Shown here: in pieces, positions 1 through 11,559 of the stretch
How positions within the stretch are numbered: the first letter of the stretch is position 1
How the letters are laid out: every line of letters starts with the position of its first letter
Assembly (NCBI GenBank): GCA_024137785.1
Contig: JAHRHZ010000032.1
Coordinates: forward strand, 4,900,149-4,964,148
Source of the DNA: Ginglymostoma cirratum
Taxonomy: Eukaryota
Length of the DNA: 64,000 nt
Reading direction: 5' to 3'
Position numbers and translations under genes: made by a program
Notes under the pieces: generated by a model
Seen by the model: only the letters and a program-made list of their open reading frames with translations
What the model was told of the DNA's origin: nothing
The model's database searches: none

Positions 1-237
1 CCCCCTACCTACACTCACCTTTACTGGCTCCATCCCCGCCTCTTCGACTTGTCTGCCTCCTCTCCACCTATCCTCTCCTCTATCCATCCTCTATCCACCT
101 CCCCCTCTCTCCCTATTTATTTCAGAACCCTCTTCCCCTCCCCCATTTCTGATGAAGGGTTTAGGCCCGAAACGTCAAGTTTTCCTGCTCCTATGATGCT
201 GCTTGACCTGCTGTGTTCATCCAGCCCCATGCTTGTT
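1..237 (+). mobile_element. Young Penelope-like terminal repeat (pLTR) fragment with hammerhead core, cut by the window edge
   Basis: Near-identical to 60144-60370 and to the reverse complement of 58733-58970. It interrupts the Gypsy RNase H region. Confidence 0.88.
145..180 (+). ncRNA. Minimal type I hammerhead ribozyme motif
   Basis: ATTT-CTGATGA-A-GGGT-ttag-GCCC-GAAAC-GTC-AAGT: CUGANGA core, 4-bp stem II, GAAA, palindromic ACGT in place of stem III, GUC triplet and a short stem I (ATTT/AAGT). Confidence 0.75.
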
Positions 238-1680
238 AAGCTCTATAACTACTTGGTTTGCACAGGTGACAAGGCTTTCAAACAAAAAAAAACCAATAGT
301 CGTTTCATTTTGCATAACATGCACACCTACGCCTTTCGGTGATGCTTCCACTTTGAGAGTTGTAAATTTTATGGGGTTGAAGTTTTGCAGCAAGATTTTG
401 TTGATTTACCCTCCTTGAGAGAATCAAAGATCTGTTGGTAGTCAGCTTGTTAAACATAGGTGACACCCTTCTTCAGCACATCTCTCAGTGGAGCTGTCTT
501 CTTACAATGTTGGGAACATATGGTGAGAGGAAGTTGAAAAATCTAAAGCAGTGTTGCGGATCCCATCTATCTTGTGCAGTCGGCATTTGTTTAACATTTT
601 TAATCTTTCTTGGATCAGGATGTACTTGAAAGTTTGAGTACACACGGCCGCAGCTACAAAGATGTCTGTCTGGATGATGTTGGTCTGGCACTTAATGCTG
701 CTAAATACTAATACAGTTCATGCAATGCTGCCATCTCTAGGTGAAGGTTATAGTTCTGCTTTGCCTTTCTTTAATCCATTACCATGACATCATCAACTGT
801 GCAAACACAGCCAAGTACAGTTCCAATAATCCTTTTCATGTGTTATTGCAAAAGATACTGGTAGCCCAGTGGTAACCTTTGAAAGCAGCACCATCCATGT
901 GGCCCTCCCAATTGTCATGAACTGCTGGGATTCTTCTGCTAAGTGGATGAACTAGTAACAATGTTTCGCATCTTGTTTGTAAAATAACCCGGCTTTGGAA
1001 ATTTTAAGATTTAATTCTCCCAATGTCTGTAATGGTGCCATGAAGCTATATCAGTCTGCGTGGGACTAGTATTGTGAATTCACCCTATCTCACTCAGTTC
1101 TGCTTGAAGCTTCCCCTGCATGTGCACACTATACTTCTTTCTGGAACTAATGCACATTGTTGTATTGTCTTTGAGATGCAATACTCCATTACTTTTAAAA
1201 TTGCTGATCTTGTTTAAGTGATTTGGGCACATTTATTGAGATTTTTGATTGGTGACCAGTTCTACCACAGTGATCTGAATCTCATGAATTGTGACTATAC
1301 AGAGATCTGTGCGTGCTGGTAATCTTCTTACTGCTGGACAATTGGTATCTGCCAGATAGGTGATTTCAGGAAACCAAGATAAGCTTACGTATTAGCACTG
1401 CACTGTGGTTCTGCCAATGCAAGGAATCAGTGTTCGTTTAGAGCAGCTTTCTCATAGGTTATATCAGGGAGCACCATTTACTGATCTACTTGTCCTTCAG
1501 GATGCATAGTGGTAATATGTTGGCTCTTACTCTATAGTTGATAGTGCTTTTAAGGTTTGTCATTCTTCCTTTTCAGAACATATGATGCTAAAGATTTTAA
1601 AGCTGATCACAACAATAGTGTTGGCTGCACCATAAGCATATAATTATGGTGGGCCTGCCATTATGGTTTCATACTCGCAT
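238..1680 (-). mobile_element. Decayed Ty3/Gypsy pol (protease, RT, RNase H start), Gypsy remnant 1
   Basis: Manual minus-strand translation through stops and frameshifts: INYRVRANILPL (protease), KQDAKHCY*FIHLAEESQQFMT..GWCCFQRLPLG and GCVCTVDDVMV (RT), VHPDPRKIKNVKQMP..FNFLSPYVPN (ORF 485-691), TTLKVEASPKGVG (RNase H). Confidence 0.85.
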
Positions 1681-2037
1681 AGATTGAACAAGTTGAGTGA
1701 ATGAACAGAAGCCTGGCAGAAGATGTATAATGTGGATAAATGTGAGGTTATCCATTTTGGTAACAAAAACAGGAAGGCGCATTATCTGAATGGTGATAGA
1801 TCAGGAAAGGGGCAAACACAATAAACCCTGGGTATTCTTATGCATCAGTTATTGAAAGTAAGTGTGTAGGTGCTGAAGGTGGTGACGGAGGTAAGTAGTA
1901 CATTGGCCTTCAGAGCAAGAGGATTTGAGTATAGGAGCAGGGAGATATGTCTTGCTGCAATTGTACAGTGCCTTGGCGAGACTATATCTGGTGTATTGTT
2001 TGCAGTTTTGGTCTCTAAGAATGTTCTGGCTATGGAA

Positions 2038-2222
2038 GATGAACTTTTGATGCTGTTTCAGTTTTAGTAATATTAATTTAATTTTAATTTATTCAGTATT
2101 TTGTCATCTATACAATTTATTCAGTAATTTATTCCGTAATCCAAAATGGCACCAGAATGTGGCAACATTATCCACTTTTCATTGTACTTAGGTACAAGTG
2201 ACAATATATTAAATAAATAAAA
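2038..2222 (+). mobile_element. Short 3' end of a non-LTR retroelement inserted in the old CR1
   Basis: Ends in cacttttcattgtacttaggtacaagtgacaat followed by an A-rich tail; GGAAG appears on both sides. Clade not resolved. Confidence 0.5.
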
Positions 2223-2359
2223 GGAAGGTGTGCACTGAAAGTTTACCAGTCTATTCCTGGGATGGCAGTCTGATGTACAAAGAACAAAGAAAACTTACAG
2301 CCCAGGAACAGGCCCTTCGGCCCTCCAAGCCTGTGCCGATCCAAATCCACTGTCTAAAC

Positions 2360-5300
2360 CTATCGCCCAATTCCTAAGGATCTGTATCCCTCTGCTCCCC
2401 ACCTACTCATGCATCTGTCCAGACGCACCTTAAATGAATCTACCGTGCCTGCCTCTACTACCTCTGCTGGCAACGCGTTCCAGGCACCTACCACCCTCTG
2501 TGTAAAGTACTTTCCGCGTGTATCCCCCTTAAACTTTTCTCCTCTCACCTTGAACGCGTGACCCCTCGTTATTGAATCGCTCACCCTGGGAAAAAGCTTA
2601 TCTCTATCAACCCTGTCTATACCCTTCATGATTTTGAAGACCTCAATCAGGTCCCCCCTCAATCTCCTTTTTTCTAATGAAAACAATCCTAACCTACTGA
2701 ACCTCTGTTCATAGCTAGCACCTTCCATACCAGGCAACATCCTCGTAAACCTTCTCTGTACCCTCTCCAAAGTTTCCACATCCTTTTGGTAATGTGGCGA
2801 CCAGAACTGTACACAGTATTCTAAATGCGGCCGAACCGAAGTCTTGTACAATTTTAACACGACCTGCCAGCTCTTATACTCAATACCCCGTCCGATGAAG
2901 GCAAGCATACCATATGCCTTCTTGACCACTCTATCCACCTGTGCAGCCACCTTCAGGGTACAATGGACCTGAACTCCCAGATCTCTCTGCTCATCAACTT
3001 TTCCCAAGGCTCTTCCGTTTACAGTATAGTTTGCTCTAGAATTAGACCTCCCAAAATGCATCACCTCACACTTGCCCGGATTGAACTCCATCTGCCACTT
3101 CACCGCCCAACTCTCCAGTCTATCAATATTCTCCTGTATTCTTTGACAATCCCCTATGCTTTCTGCTACTCCGCCAATGTTCGTGTCATCTACAAACTTA
3201 CTGATCAGACCACTTATGCCCTCTTCCAGATCATTTATGTATATCACAAACAACAGTGGCCCCAGCACTGATCCCTGTGGAACACCACTGGTCACCTTTT
3301 TCCATTTCGAGAAACTCCCTTCAACTACTACTCTCTGTCTCCTGTTGTTCAACCAGTTCTTTATCCACCTAGCTAGAACACCCTGCACACCATGTGACTT
3401 CACTTTCTCCATTAGTTTACGATGGGGAACCTTATCAAACACCTTACTAAAGTCCATGTAGATGACATCTACAGCCCTTCCTTCATCTATCAACTTGGTC
3501 ACTTCCTCAAAGAACTCTATTAAGTTAGTAAGGCATGATCTCCCCTGCACAAAAACCATGTTGCCTATCACTGATAAGCCCATTCTTTTCCAAATATAAA
3601 TAGATTCTATCCCTCAGTACCTTCTCCAGCAACTTTCCCACCACTGACATCAGGCTTACTGGTCTGTAGTTACCTGGAATATCCCTACTACCCTTCTTGT
3701 ACAGGGGGACAACATTAGCAACTCTCCAGTCCTCCGGCACTTCACCTGTGTTTAAGGATGCTACAAAGATATCTGTCAGGGCCCCAGCTACTTCCTCTCT
3801 CGCCTCCCTCAGCATCCTGGGATAGATCCCATCCGGTCCTGGGGATTTGTCCACCTTAATATCCTTTAGCCTACCCAACACATCTTCCCTCCTTATGTCA
3901 ACGTGATCCAGAGTAAACAAACTTCTATCTCTAATCTCAACATTCATCATGTCCCTCTCCTCAGTGAACACTGATGCAAAGTAATCATTGAGAATCTCAC
4001 CCATTTTCTAAGGTTCGACACAAAACCTTCCTTCCTTATCCTTTAGTGGACCAACCCTTTCTCTAGTTACCCTCCTGCTTCTTATATATGAATAAAAGGC
4101 CTTGGGATTCTCGTTAATTCTGTTTGCTAAAGTTATTTCATGACCCCTTTTAGCCCGCTTGATTCCTCGTTTAAGATTGGTCCTACTCTCCCGATATTCC
4201 TCCAAGGACCGTTCTGTTCTTAGCTGCCTGGACCTTATGTACGCTTCCCTTTTCCTATTGGCTAGTCGCACGATTTCTCCTGTCATCCACGGTTCACGAA
4301 TCTTTCCTTTCCTATCCCTTGTTTTCAAAGGGATATGCCTATCCTGCACTATCTTCAACCTATCTTTGAAAGCCTCCCATATATCAAATGTGGACTTCCC
4401 TTCAAATAGCTGTCCCCAATCCACATTTCCCAGCTCCTGCTGAATTTTGATATAATTAGCCTTGGCCCAGTTTAGTATTCTTCCCTTAGGACCACTCTCA
4501 TGTTTGTCTACGAGTATTCTAAAACTTACAGAATTGTGGTCACTATTCCCAAAGAAATCCCCCACTGCAACTTCTACCACCTGGCCTGGCTCATTCCCCA
4601 ACACTAGGTCCAATATGGCCCCTTCCCTAGTTGGACTATTGACATACTGCTCTAGAAAACTTTCCTGGATGCTGCTTACAAATTCTGCCCCATCCAGACC
4701 TCTGACTGGGATACACTTAGTGTCAATGTTGGGAAAATTAAAATCTCCCATCACCACCATCCTGTTACCTCTACATCTTTCCATAATCTGTCGACCTATT
4801 TGTTCTTCTACCTCACGCTCACTGTTGGGAGGCCTGTAGTACAGCGCCAACAATGTAACTGCACCCTTCTTATTTCGCAGCTCTACCCATAATGCCTCAC
4901 TGCTCAAGCCCTCCATAGTGCCCTCCTTTAGCACAGCCGTGATACCATCCCTGACCAGCAATGCAACTCCTCCCCCCCTTTTACTTCCCTCTCTGTCCTG
5001 TCTGAAGCATCTATATCCTGGGACATTTAGTTGCCAATCATCCCCTTCCTTCAACCAAGACTCTGTGATCGCAATAACGTCATACTCCCAGGCACTAATC
5101 CAAAACCTAAGTTCGTCTGCCTTACCCACTATACTCCTTGCATTAAAGTATATGCACTTCAGACCACCAGTTCCTTTGCGTTCATCTGCTCTCTGCCTAC
5201 TCTTCCCCTTTGTCATGCTAACTTCATGATCCTTACAGTCTCTAGTTTCCACCTCACTGTCTACTAGTCTTCTCCTCTGGTTCCCAGACCCCTGCCACAT
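2360..5300 (-). pseudogene. CR1 ORF2p (APE endonuclease plus reverse transcriptase) with one nonsense codon and one frameshift
   Basis: YFNARS, ITESWL, YRPP, MGDFNFP and SDH (APE); YRPVSL, GVPQGSVLGP and KFVDD (RT). In-frame TAG at 4008-4010 and a +1 nt in the T-run at 3551-3555. Confidence 0.93.
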
Positions 5301-6247
5301 TAGTTTAAACCCTCCCCAACAGCCCTAGCAAAAACTCCTCCTAGGACACTAGTTCCAGTCTGGTTCAGGTGTAGACCATCCAATTTGTAATAGTCCCACC
5401 TTCCCCAGAACTGGTCCCAGTGTCCCACAAATCTGAACCCCTCCCTCCTACACCATCCCTCGAGCCACGTGTTCATCCTGCCTATTCTTTCATTTCTACC
5501 CTGGCTAGCACACGGCACTGGTAGCAACCCTGAGATCACTACCTTTGAGGTCCTCCTCTTTAACTTCTCTCCTAGCTCCCTGAATTCTGCTTTCAGGACC
5601 TCATCTCGTTTTTTACCTATATCATTGGTGCCTATATGCACCACAACAACTGGCTGTTCACCCTCCCTTTTCAGAATGCTCTGTAGCTGATCAGTGACAT
5701 CCCTGACCCGAGCACCTGGGAGGCAACATACCATCCGGGAGTCCCGTTTTCGGCCACAGAACCGCCTATCTACTCCCCTTACAATAGAATCCCCTATGAC
5801 TATGGCCCTATGAGTCTTTTTCCCGCCCTTCTGAACAGCAGTGCCCGCCATGGTGCCATGATCCGGGCAACTGCTGTCCTCCCCTGGTGAGCCATCTCCC
5901 CCAACAGTATCCAAAACGGTATACCTGTTTTGGAGGGAGATGACCGCAGGGGACACCTGCACTGCCTTCCTGCTCTTTCTCTGCCTTTTGGTCACCCATT
6001 CACTGTCTCCCTCAGCAATTCTAATCTGCGGTGTGACCAATTCACTAAACGTGCTATCCACGACCTTCTCAGCATCGCGGATGCTCCACAGTGAGTCCAC
6101 CCGCAACTCCAGAGCCGTCATGCGGTCAAACAAGAGCTGCATCTGGACACACTTCCTGCAAGTGTAACAGTCAGGGACGTCAGTCACGTCCCTGATCTCC
6201 CACATCAAGCAAGAGGCACATGCCACGGGTCTGAGGTCCCCTGCCAT
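5300..6247 (-). CDS. CR1 ORF1p: zinc finger plus SGNH/GDSL esterase domain (315 aa, open)
   Basis: CASCLMWE..YTCRKC zinc finger; esterase blocks GDSIVR, PGAR, HIGTND and DGLHL. Confidence 0.92.
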   Translation of the reverse strand: MAGDLRPVACASCLMWEIRDVTDVPDCYTCRKCVQMQLLFDRMTALELRVDSLWSIRDAEKVVDSTFSELVTPQIRIAEGDSEWVTKRQRKSRKAVQVSPAVISLQNRYTVLDTVGGDGSPGEDSSCPDHGTMAGTAVQKGGKKTHRAIVIGDSIVRGVDRRFCGRKRDSRMVCCLPGARVRDVTDQLQSILKREGEQPVVVVHIGTNDIGKKRDEVLKAEFRELGEKLKRRTSKVVISGLLPVPCASQGRNERIGRMNTWLEGWCRREGFRFVGHWDQFWGRWDYYKLDGLHLNQTGTSVLGGVFARAVGEGLN

Positions 6248-7063
6248 TGTAAGCCTTAGCTCTGACTCAACTAACTAATACCAAACAATGCACTTAAATA
6301 TATTAAAAAAAAAACACCTTACCTTGCAGAGTCTTTTTCTTCTGGTTAGAGGAGGAGGGTGGGAGGGAGATGCTACACATGTAGCATCTCGGGTTTAGCT
6401 GCTGCCCAAATATATACTAATTCCTTACCTTCCTCACAACCTCCTGGTCTCCAACGTCACCTCCGCTCCGTCTCCCGCCGCTCCCGGTGAGGAAAAAACC
6501 GCTCGCCGCTTGAGGTAAGTTTTTAAACCGTCTTACCTTCCCGTCAGGCCTCTGGTGCTCGCTGCCGCTCTTCCCGCTTCGAACTGCCGCCCGACACCAA
6601 AATGAAGAGAGACACCAAAATGTGTGAAGAGAGATTGGATCAGTTAGGACTATATTCACTGGAGTTTAGAAGAATGAGGAGGGATCTCACAGAAACTTAT
6701 AAAATTGCAACGGGGTGGACACGGTCAATGCAGAAGGTAATTCCTGAAGACTGGGGAATCCAGAACCAGGGGTCACAGTTTAATCAAAATGGTTAGGCCA
6801 TTTAGGACTGAGATGAGGAGACATTTCTTCAGCCAGGCAGTGGTAAGTCTGTGGAATTCTCTGCCGCAGAAAACAGTTGAAACCTACTTGAAGCCAAAAA
6901 TTGAATATTTTTCAGAAAGAGATAGATATAGTTATTAGGGCTGAAGAGATCAAAGGGTATGCGGAGAAAGCAGGAACAGGGTACTGAGTTGGATGATCAA
7001 CCGTGGCGGAGCAATCTGGAAGAGCCGAATGGCCTAGTCCCGCTCCTGTTCTCTATGTTTCTA

Positions 7064-7450
7064 CATCTTCAAACAATGTAAATTCCAGATCATCATTTCT
7101 GAATGTTTTAACTGAAATAGGGGTGATTAGTCAAACCCTTTGCTGTGACATCTTGTGACAAACATAGAAATATCCTATCCAAGGGTTGCTGATGGTATGA
7201 CGTGTTAGAGTCCGATAGTCTTGAAGTTAATTCTTACCTTGAGTTAATCTTTAAGTACTCTCCAGATCATTTCTGTATCTTTCTACAGAAAGATTGAGAG
7301 TGTTAATTCTGCGAAGCCCTGCCTTGCTGACAGTAAGTCATATTAGCAGACATCTTTTCTCTGGATCATTTATAATTTGATCTGTAAAAAACGCTGCATA
7401 GGTTGCTTGAATATCTGTAATTCGGTAAATTGACTGCCCTGCCCATAATT
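7064..7450 (-). mobile_element. Decayed Gypsy gag, upstream part of Gypsy remnant 1
   Basis: Manual translation GLRRINTLNLS..EMIWRVLKD*LKVRINFK..YHQQP..FVTRCHSK resembles Gypsy gag. Same strand and correct order relative to pol at 238-1680. Confidence 0.65.
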
Positions 7451-8819
7451 AAGAGTTTGTCTTCCAATTCTTTTTGAAAGTTTATTTTGTTAGATGTAAA
7501 GGGTTACTGTGTTTGTTTGTTTCTTTTACTTGTGTGCTTTTCGCCTTTTACTTTTCCCTCTGCTGCTTCTGTTTCACTTTATTTTTCCATGTTGCCATTC
7601 CTTTACTTGGCTTTAGAGGAACAGTCTCTAAAGTGATTAAGAAATACAGGTCTGCGGTAGTAAGTTTCTACCTCTTGTTGGTATTAGCACCAAATAAGGA
7701 GTGATGATATTCCTTGGGCTTCCCTCTGCATTTGTACCAAACCAGAGAGGAAAAATGGTGATAACCATCGACCTCTGCAAACAGGTAAAACTGATCAGAA
7801 AAGTGCTTTGCAGTGCTTCAAAATGTTTTATTTTGTTCAGGAGAGCTCTTTATCCAGACTGTAAGAAACCTTTGACTGCTGTTTTTAACTTGATTGTGGA
7901 ATAGGAACGCAGGCTGTCAATTTGACTTTGTAAAAAGTGAATTGGGCCTTGCAGCTTGATATAAGTTTATAAGTGGAAAGAAGGTAGCTATTTGTGTAAT
8001 TAATAGATCTCCAATTATATAAATGTGTGCTTTAGTTTTCCAAATGAAGTCTAGCACTGATGTCTGGCTGATGTTCAATGAGGTTTCCGAGTATCTATTA
8101 CAAATAAGTTGGATTCTTTACAGTGACTGCTACTAACTGTGGCTTATCACCATTGTGTGGGCTTTGACTCCACCAACAACCTGATGGGGCAATGCTTACG
8201 CTCTGATAACATGAGAATTCAGTGTGATTAACACGGCAATGAAAGATTCACGGGACATTTATTGCAGCTCTTACAATGACAGGCCCTTTAGAGTGTGGAT
8301 TAATGTCAAGTTATTTGGTTACAAAAGTAATACATTTTCACCTGTGTGTCATGCTTCAAGTGGCCCCAGTTATGATGGTATCTGAGACTTTTTTTATCCC
8401 CAAATCAGGCAATTATATGGTTATGAAATCATGACAATATTTCTTAGAGGTATAGCACATACTAATTATGAGACATAACGCAACAGATAGAACTAGAGAC
8501 CATTGTCAAAACTATATCTAGTTTCGTACTCTTAAGTGTTGGGAGTCCAGGTGTAGGTCTCAGGTTTCAGCCGAAGTTCGACAGCAAGTAAAGGGTAAGT
8601 CCCACAGGAATAGTGGTCAAGGTGCAAAGACTATGACCTGAAGGAAGCAATGGGGTGGGTCACGCTGCTGGGAGCCCTTGACCAGGAAAGAGGCCTATCA
8701 CAAAGAAACCTAGCTTTCCATCCACCTGAGGCCTGGTAAGGGTAGCCTGCTGAGCTCCTCCACCATCCCCCACCTTTTGCCTTGACCACCTGCACTCCCA
8801 ACCTTCTTTGATCACTTAA

Positions 8820-9500
8820 TTGTAGGGTCCTGGGGAGTGTTGCCAAACAAAGAGACCTTAGAGTTCAGGCTCATAGTTCTTTGAAGGTTGAGTCCCAGGT
8901 AGACAAGGTAGTGAAGAAGGGGTTGGGGTGTCATGTTGCAGCTGTACAAGATAACAGTTAGGCAACTTTTGGAATGCTGCATTCAGTTCTGGTCTCCCAG
9001 TTATAGGAAAGATGTTAAACTTGAGACGGTGCAGAGAAGATTTACAAGGAAGTTGCTGGGGTTAGAAGGTTTGAGCTATAAGGAGAGGCTGAATAGGCTG
9101 GAGCTATTTTGCCTGGAACATTGGAGGTTGAGAGGTGACCTAATAGAGGTTTATAAAATCATAATGGGCATGGATAGGGTGAATAGCCAAAGTCTTTTTT
9201 CCAGGGTAGGGGTGTCCAAAATTAGAAGGTATAGGTTCACGGTGAGTGGGGAAAGATGTAGAAGTGACCTGGGGCGACTTTTTCACGCAGATGGTGGTGC
9301 ATGGATGGAATAAGCTGCCAGAGGAAGTAGTGGAGGCTGGTACGACAACATTTAAAAGGCATCTGGATGGGTACATGAATAGGAAGAGTTAGAAGGATAT
9401 GGGCCAAATGTTGACTAGATTAACTTAGGATATTTGGTCAGCAGGGTTGAGTTGAACCAAAGGGTCTGTTTCCGTGTTGTACAACTCTATGACTGTATGA
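8820..9500 (+). mobile_element. 5'-truncated CR1 3' fragment
   Basis: ORF 8933-9313 (LECCIQFWSP..RLRGDLIEVYKI) and a ctatgact-type tail. Confidence 0.9.
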
Positions 9501-11039
9501 CCATATTTCACTAGTCTCAGGATTGAGGCTTGGCATTAAGTGACTGCTTAAAAGCTTCACTTTGTGGGAAGGAAGCCATGATGATTTGGGCCCCATTCGC
9601 TCAATGTAAATGGCACACTAGGCAGAGGTAACTCAGGGAACATTATGGATCCCCACAAATCCATAGTTAGGTCACATAAAATTATGCCTACTGGGTGTTA
9701 ATAAACTTGCACAGAAAGTATTTCAGCTCTAAACTCAGAGAAACTGCTTGTAGGAATACAAAATCTTAAGCATCTGAGATAAGCTCAATGGGATACTCGT
9801 CATGTAAACTGATTTATTGACTTAATCACAGTTAATTGCAGATAACTTTGCCAGTGTAGAAGGTTAACTATTTCTTCAATATCACTGAAAGGACTAACTT
9901 AGTTTAGATTTAAGAGTTGTAAGTGCCCATTGCTTTTAGCTTCAGTCTAACTATTGAGTTGGTGAGATTTAAATGAGAGTGGGGAGTTGAAATAGCACAT
10001 GCATTATTTATGGAGTAATGGTTAATCTTCCAACTCACCTCACTCTAAGTTCCTGCTGCTATCTTTCCTGAACTAGCAGCTGGAAAATAGATTAAAGATC
10101 CTGCTTACATTGTTTTCAGCAATGTATCCAGAGAGAGCATTCTTAACCATCTTCCATTCTAAACACTGGATACATTAAATGACATTGCTTTTGAATCCCC
10201 TTCTTCAAAATCACAATGAAAAGATATTAAGTTAACAACTTCAATTATAAAGTTATTTGTACAGAAGGAGCAATTGATTTACTTTAAGTTTTGTCTCTGC
10301 ATGGATTTATAAAATCTTCGCTCAAATAACTGAGGTGTCCTGTCTATTTATTAATTACTAAGCATGTTTTCATTGGAAAAATATAGAAGAGATTTTAAGC
10401 TTAGAATAGTGTTAAATAGTAACAATCTCATCCTGCCTAGATAATTCATTTGATACCCTTCTGGTGCTCTGAACAGCCATATTACAAATGACCATGTAAA
10501 GCAACATGAGCTGGTTTACACAATTAATATTTTTCTCTTATTGACGGTTACAAGTGATTATTCTATGTCCTAACTTTTACAATCTAAAAACAATACATTT
10601 CTTTTTCTATCATGTGCTTGAATTTTCTGGAAGTTTTCACCATAACTGCAATTTAAGAGTCGAGTTGCACAACTTTTCCCTGAAGAAAATTTGTATGTAG
10701 CTGATTTAGTCTAGTTTTACACCGGTTTGCTACTGCATGAATTTGTTGTATATTTGCAATGCTATTGACTTACCACAGTGAAAGTCCAATAGTCTGTTAA
10801 CCCAACCCTGCCCCTTTGCTGAAGATCAGCGGAGGTGAATTTCCCACCGTTATGTCAGTTTGAAGTTTATATATTTTCATAGCAAGGCCTAAATTCACCA
10901 CTTCTGTTGAATTATAGAATTATGTTTACCTTTTAAAAAAGTTCCCCTGACTCAGGCCTGCAACTTTAGGGATCCATTAACATTCTTATCCTCAGTGTTT
11001 GTGGAACCCAGTACAAATATAACAAGGATGGAAGTGTTG

Positions 11040-11530
11040 CGTTGACAATTATTTACTGCCTGCACCCTTTGGTACCCATCATCAGAAATCCCTGTCTTCA
11101 ATCAACTCGAGTTGCTTCCCCTGATGTGAAGAAATCACTGAATGCGCTGAACAGAGCAAAGACGATAAGCCCTGCCAACATTCAGGCTGTGGATCTGAGA
11201 ATTTGTGCTCCAAATGACTTACTCAGCTATTTCAGTTCACTACAATACAATATCAATCAGACAGTGGTGAAAAAATGTCTGGTATGTCTTGTTCATAAGA
11301 AGCCTGACAAATCCAACCTACCCAATAATTTACCACCAGTCTACACTTAATCATCAGTAAAGTGACGGGAGACATCAACAGTGCTATCATGCTGACCAAT
11401 GCTGAGTGTGATTTTCTGCCAAGAAGACTCAGTTCCAGACCTCATTAGTCCACATTTCAACAATTTCACAATGAAGTGATTTCCAGAGCTGAAATCACCC
11501 TTGAAATCGCTAAGCAGCATTTGATAAGTG
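11040..11530 (+). mobile_element. Old internal fragment of the same LINE family as 14190-17043
   Basis: Aligns by eye with 15560-15950 and 29610-30120 (KPDKSN..N..P, LRICAP). Confidence 0.7.
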
Positions 11531-11559
11531 TGTAGACAGTATGTTTACTCCCTCATATT

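Larger units (their letters stand above)
2278..6601 (-). mobile_element. Full-length, near-intact CR1 LINE
   Basis: GC/CpG-rich 5' UTR, intact ORF1, ORF2 with APE and RT domains, short 3' UTR and a TTCTTTG-type microsatellite tail at about 2278-2292. Confidence 0.95.
1681..7063 (+). mobile_element. Old CR1 RT/3' fragment, split by two later insertions (pieces about 1681-2037, 2221-2277, 6602-7063)
   Basis: CR1 C-terminal motifs (KCEVIHFG, RLDQLGLYSLEFRRMRRDLTETYKI) continue across the inserts, and a typical CR1 tail ends near 7063. Confidence 0.85.

Noticed and set aside
49-342. Recurrent Ser/Pro-rich ORF (also 31630-31881 and 58664-58921)
   Set aside because: Translation of the pyrimidine-rich Penelope terminal repeat; recurrence reflects repeat copies.
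2963-6167. Several plus-strand ORFs
   Set aside because: Antisense shadows of CR1 ORF1/ORF2 with no independent motifs.
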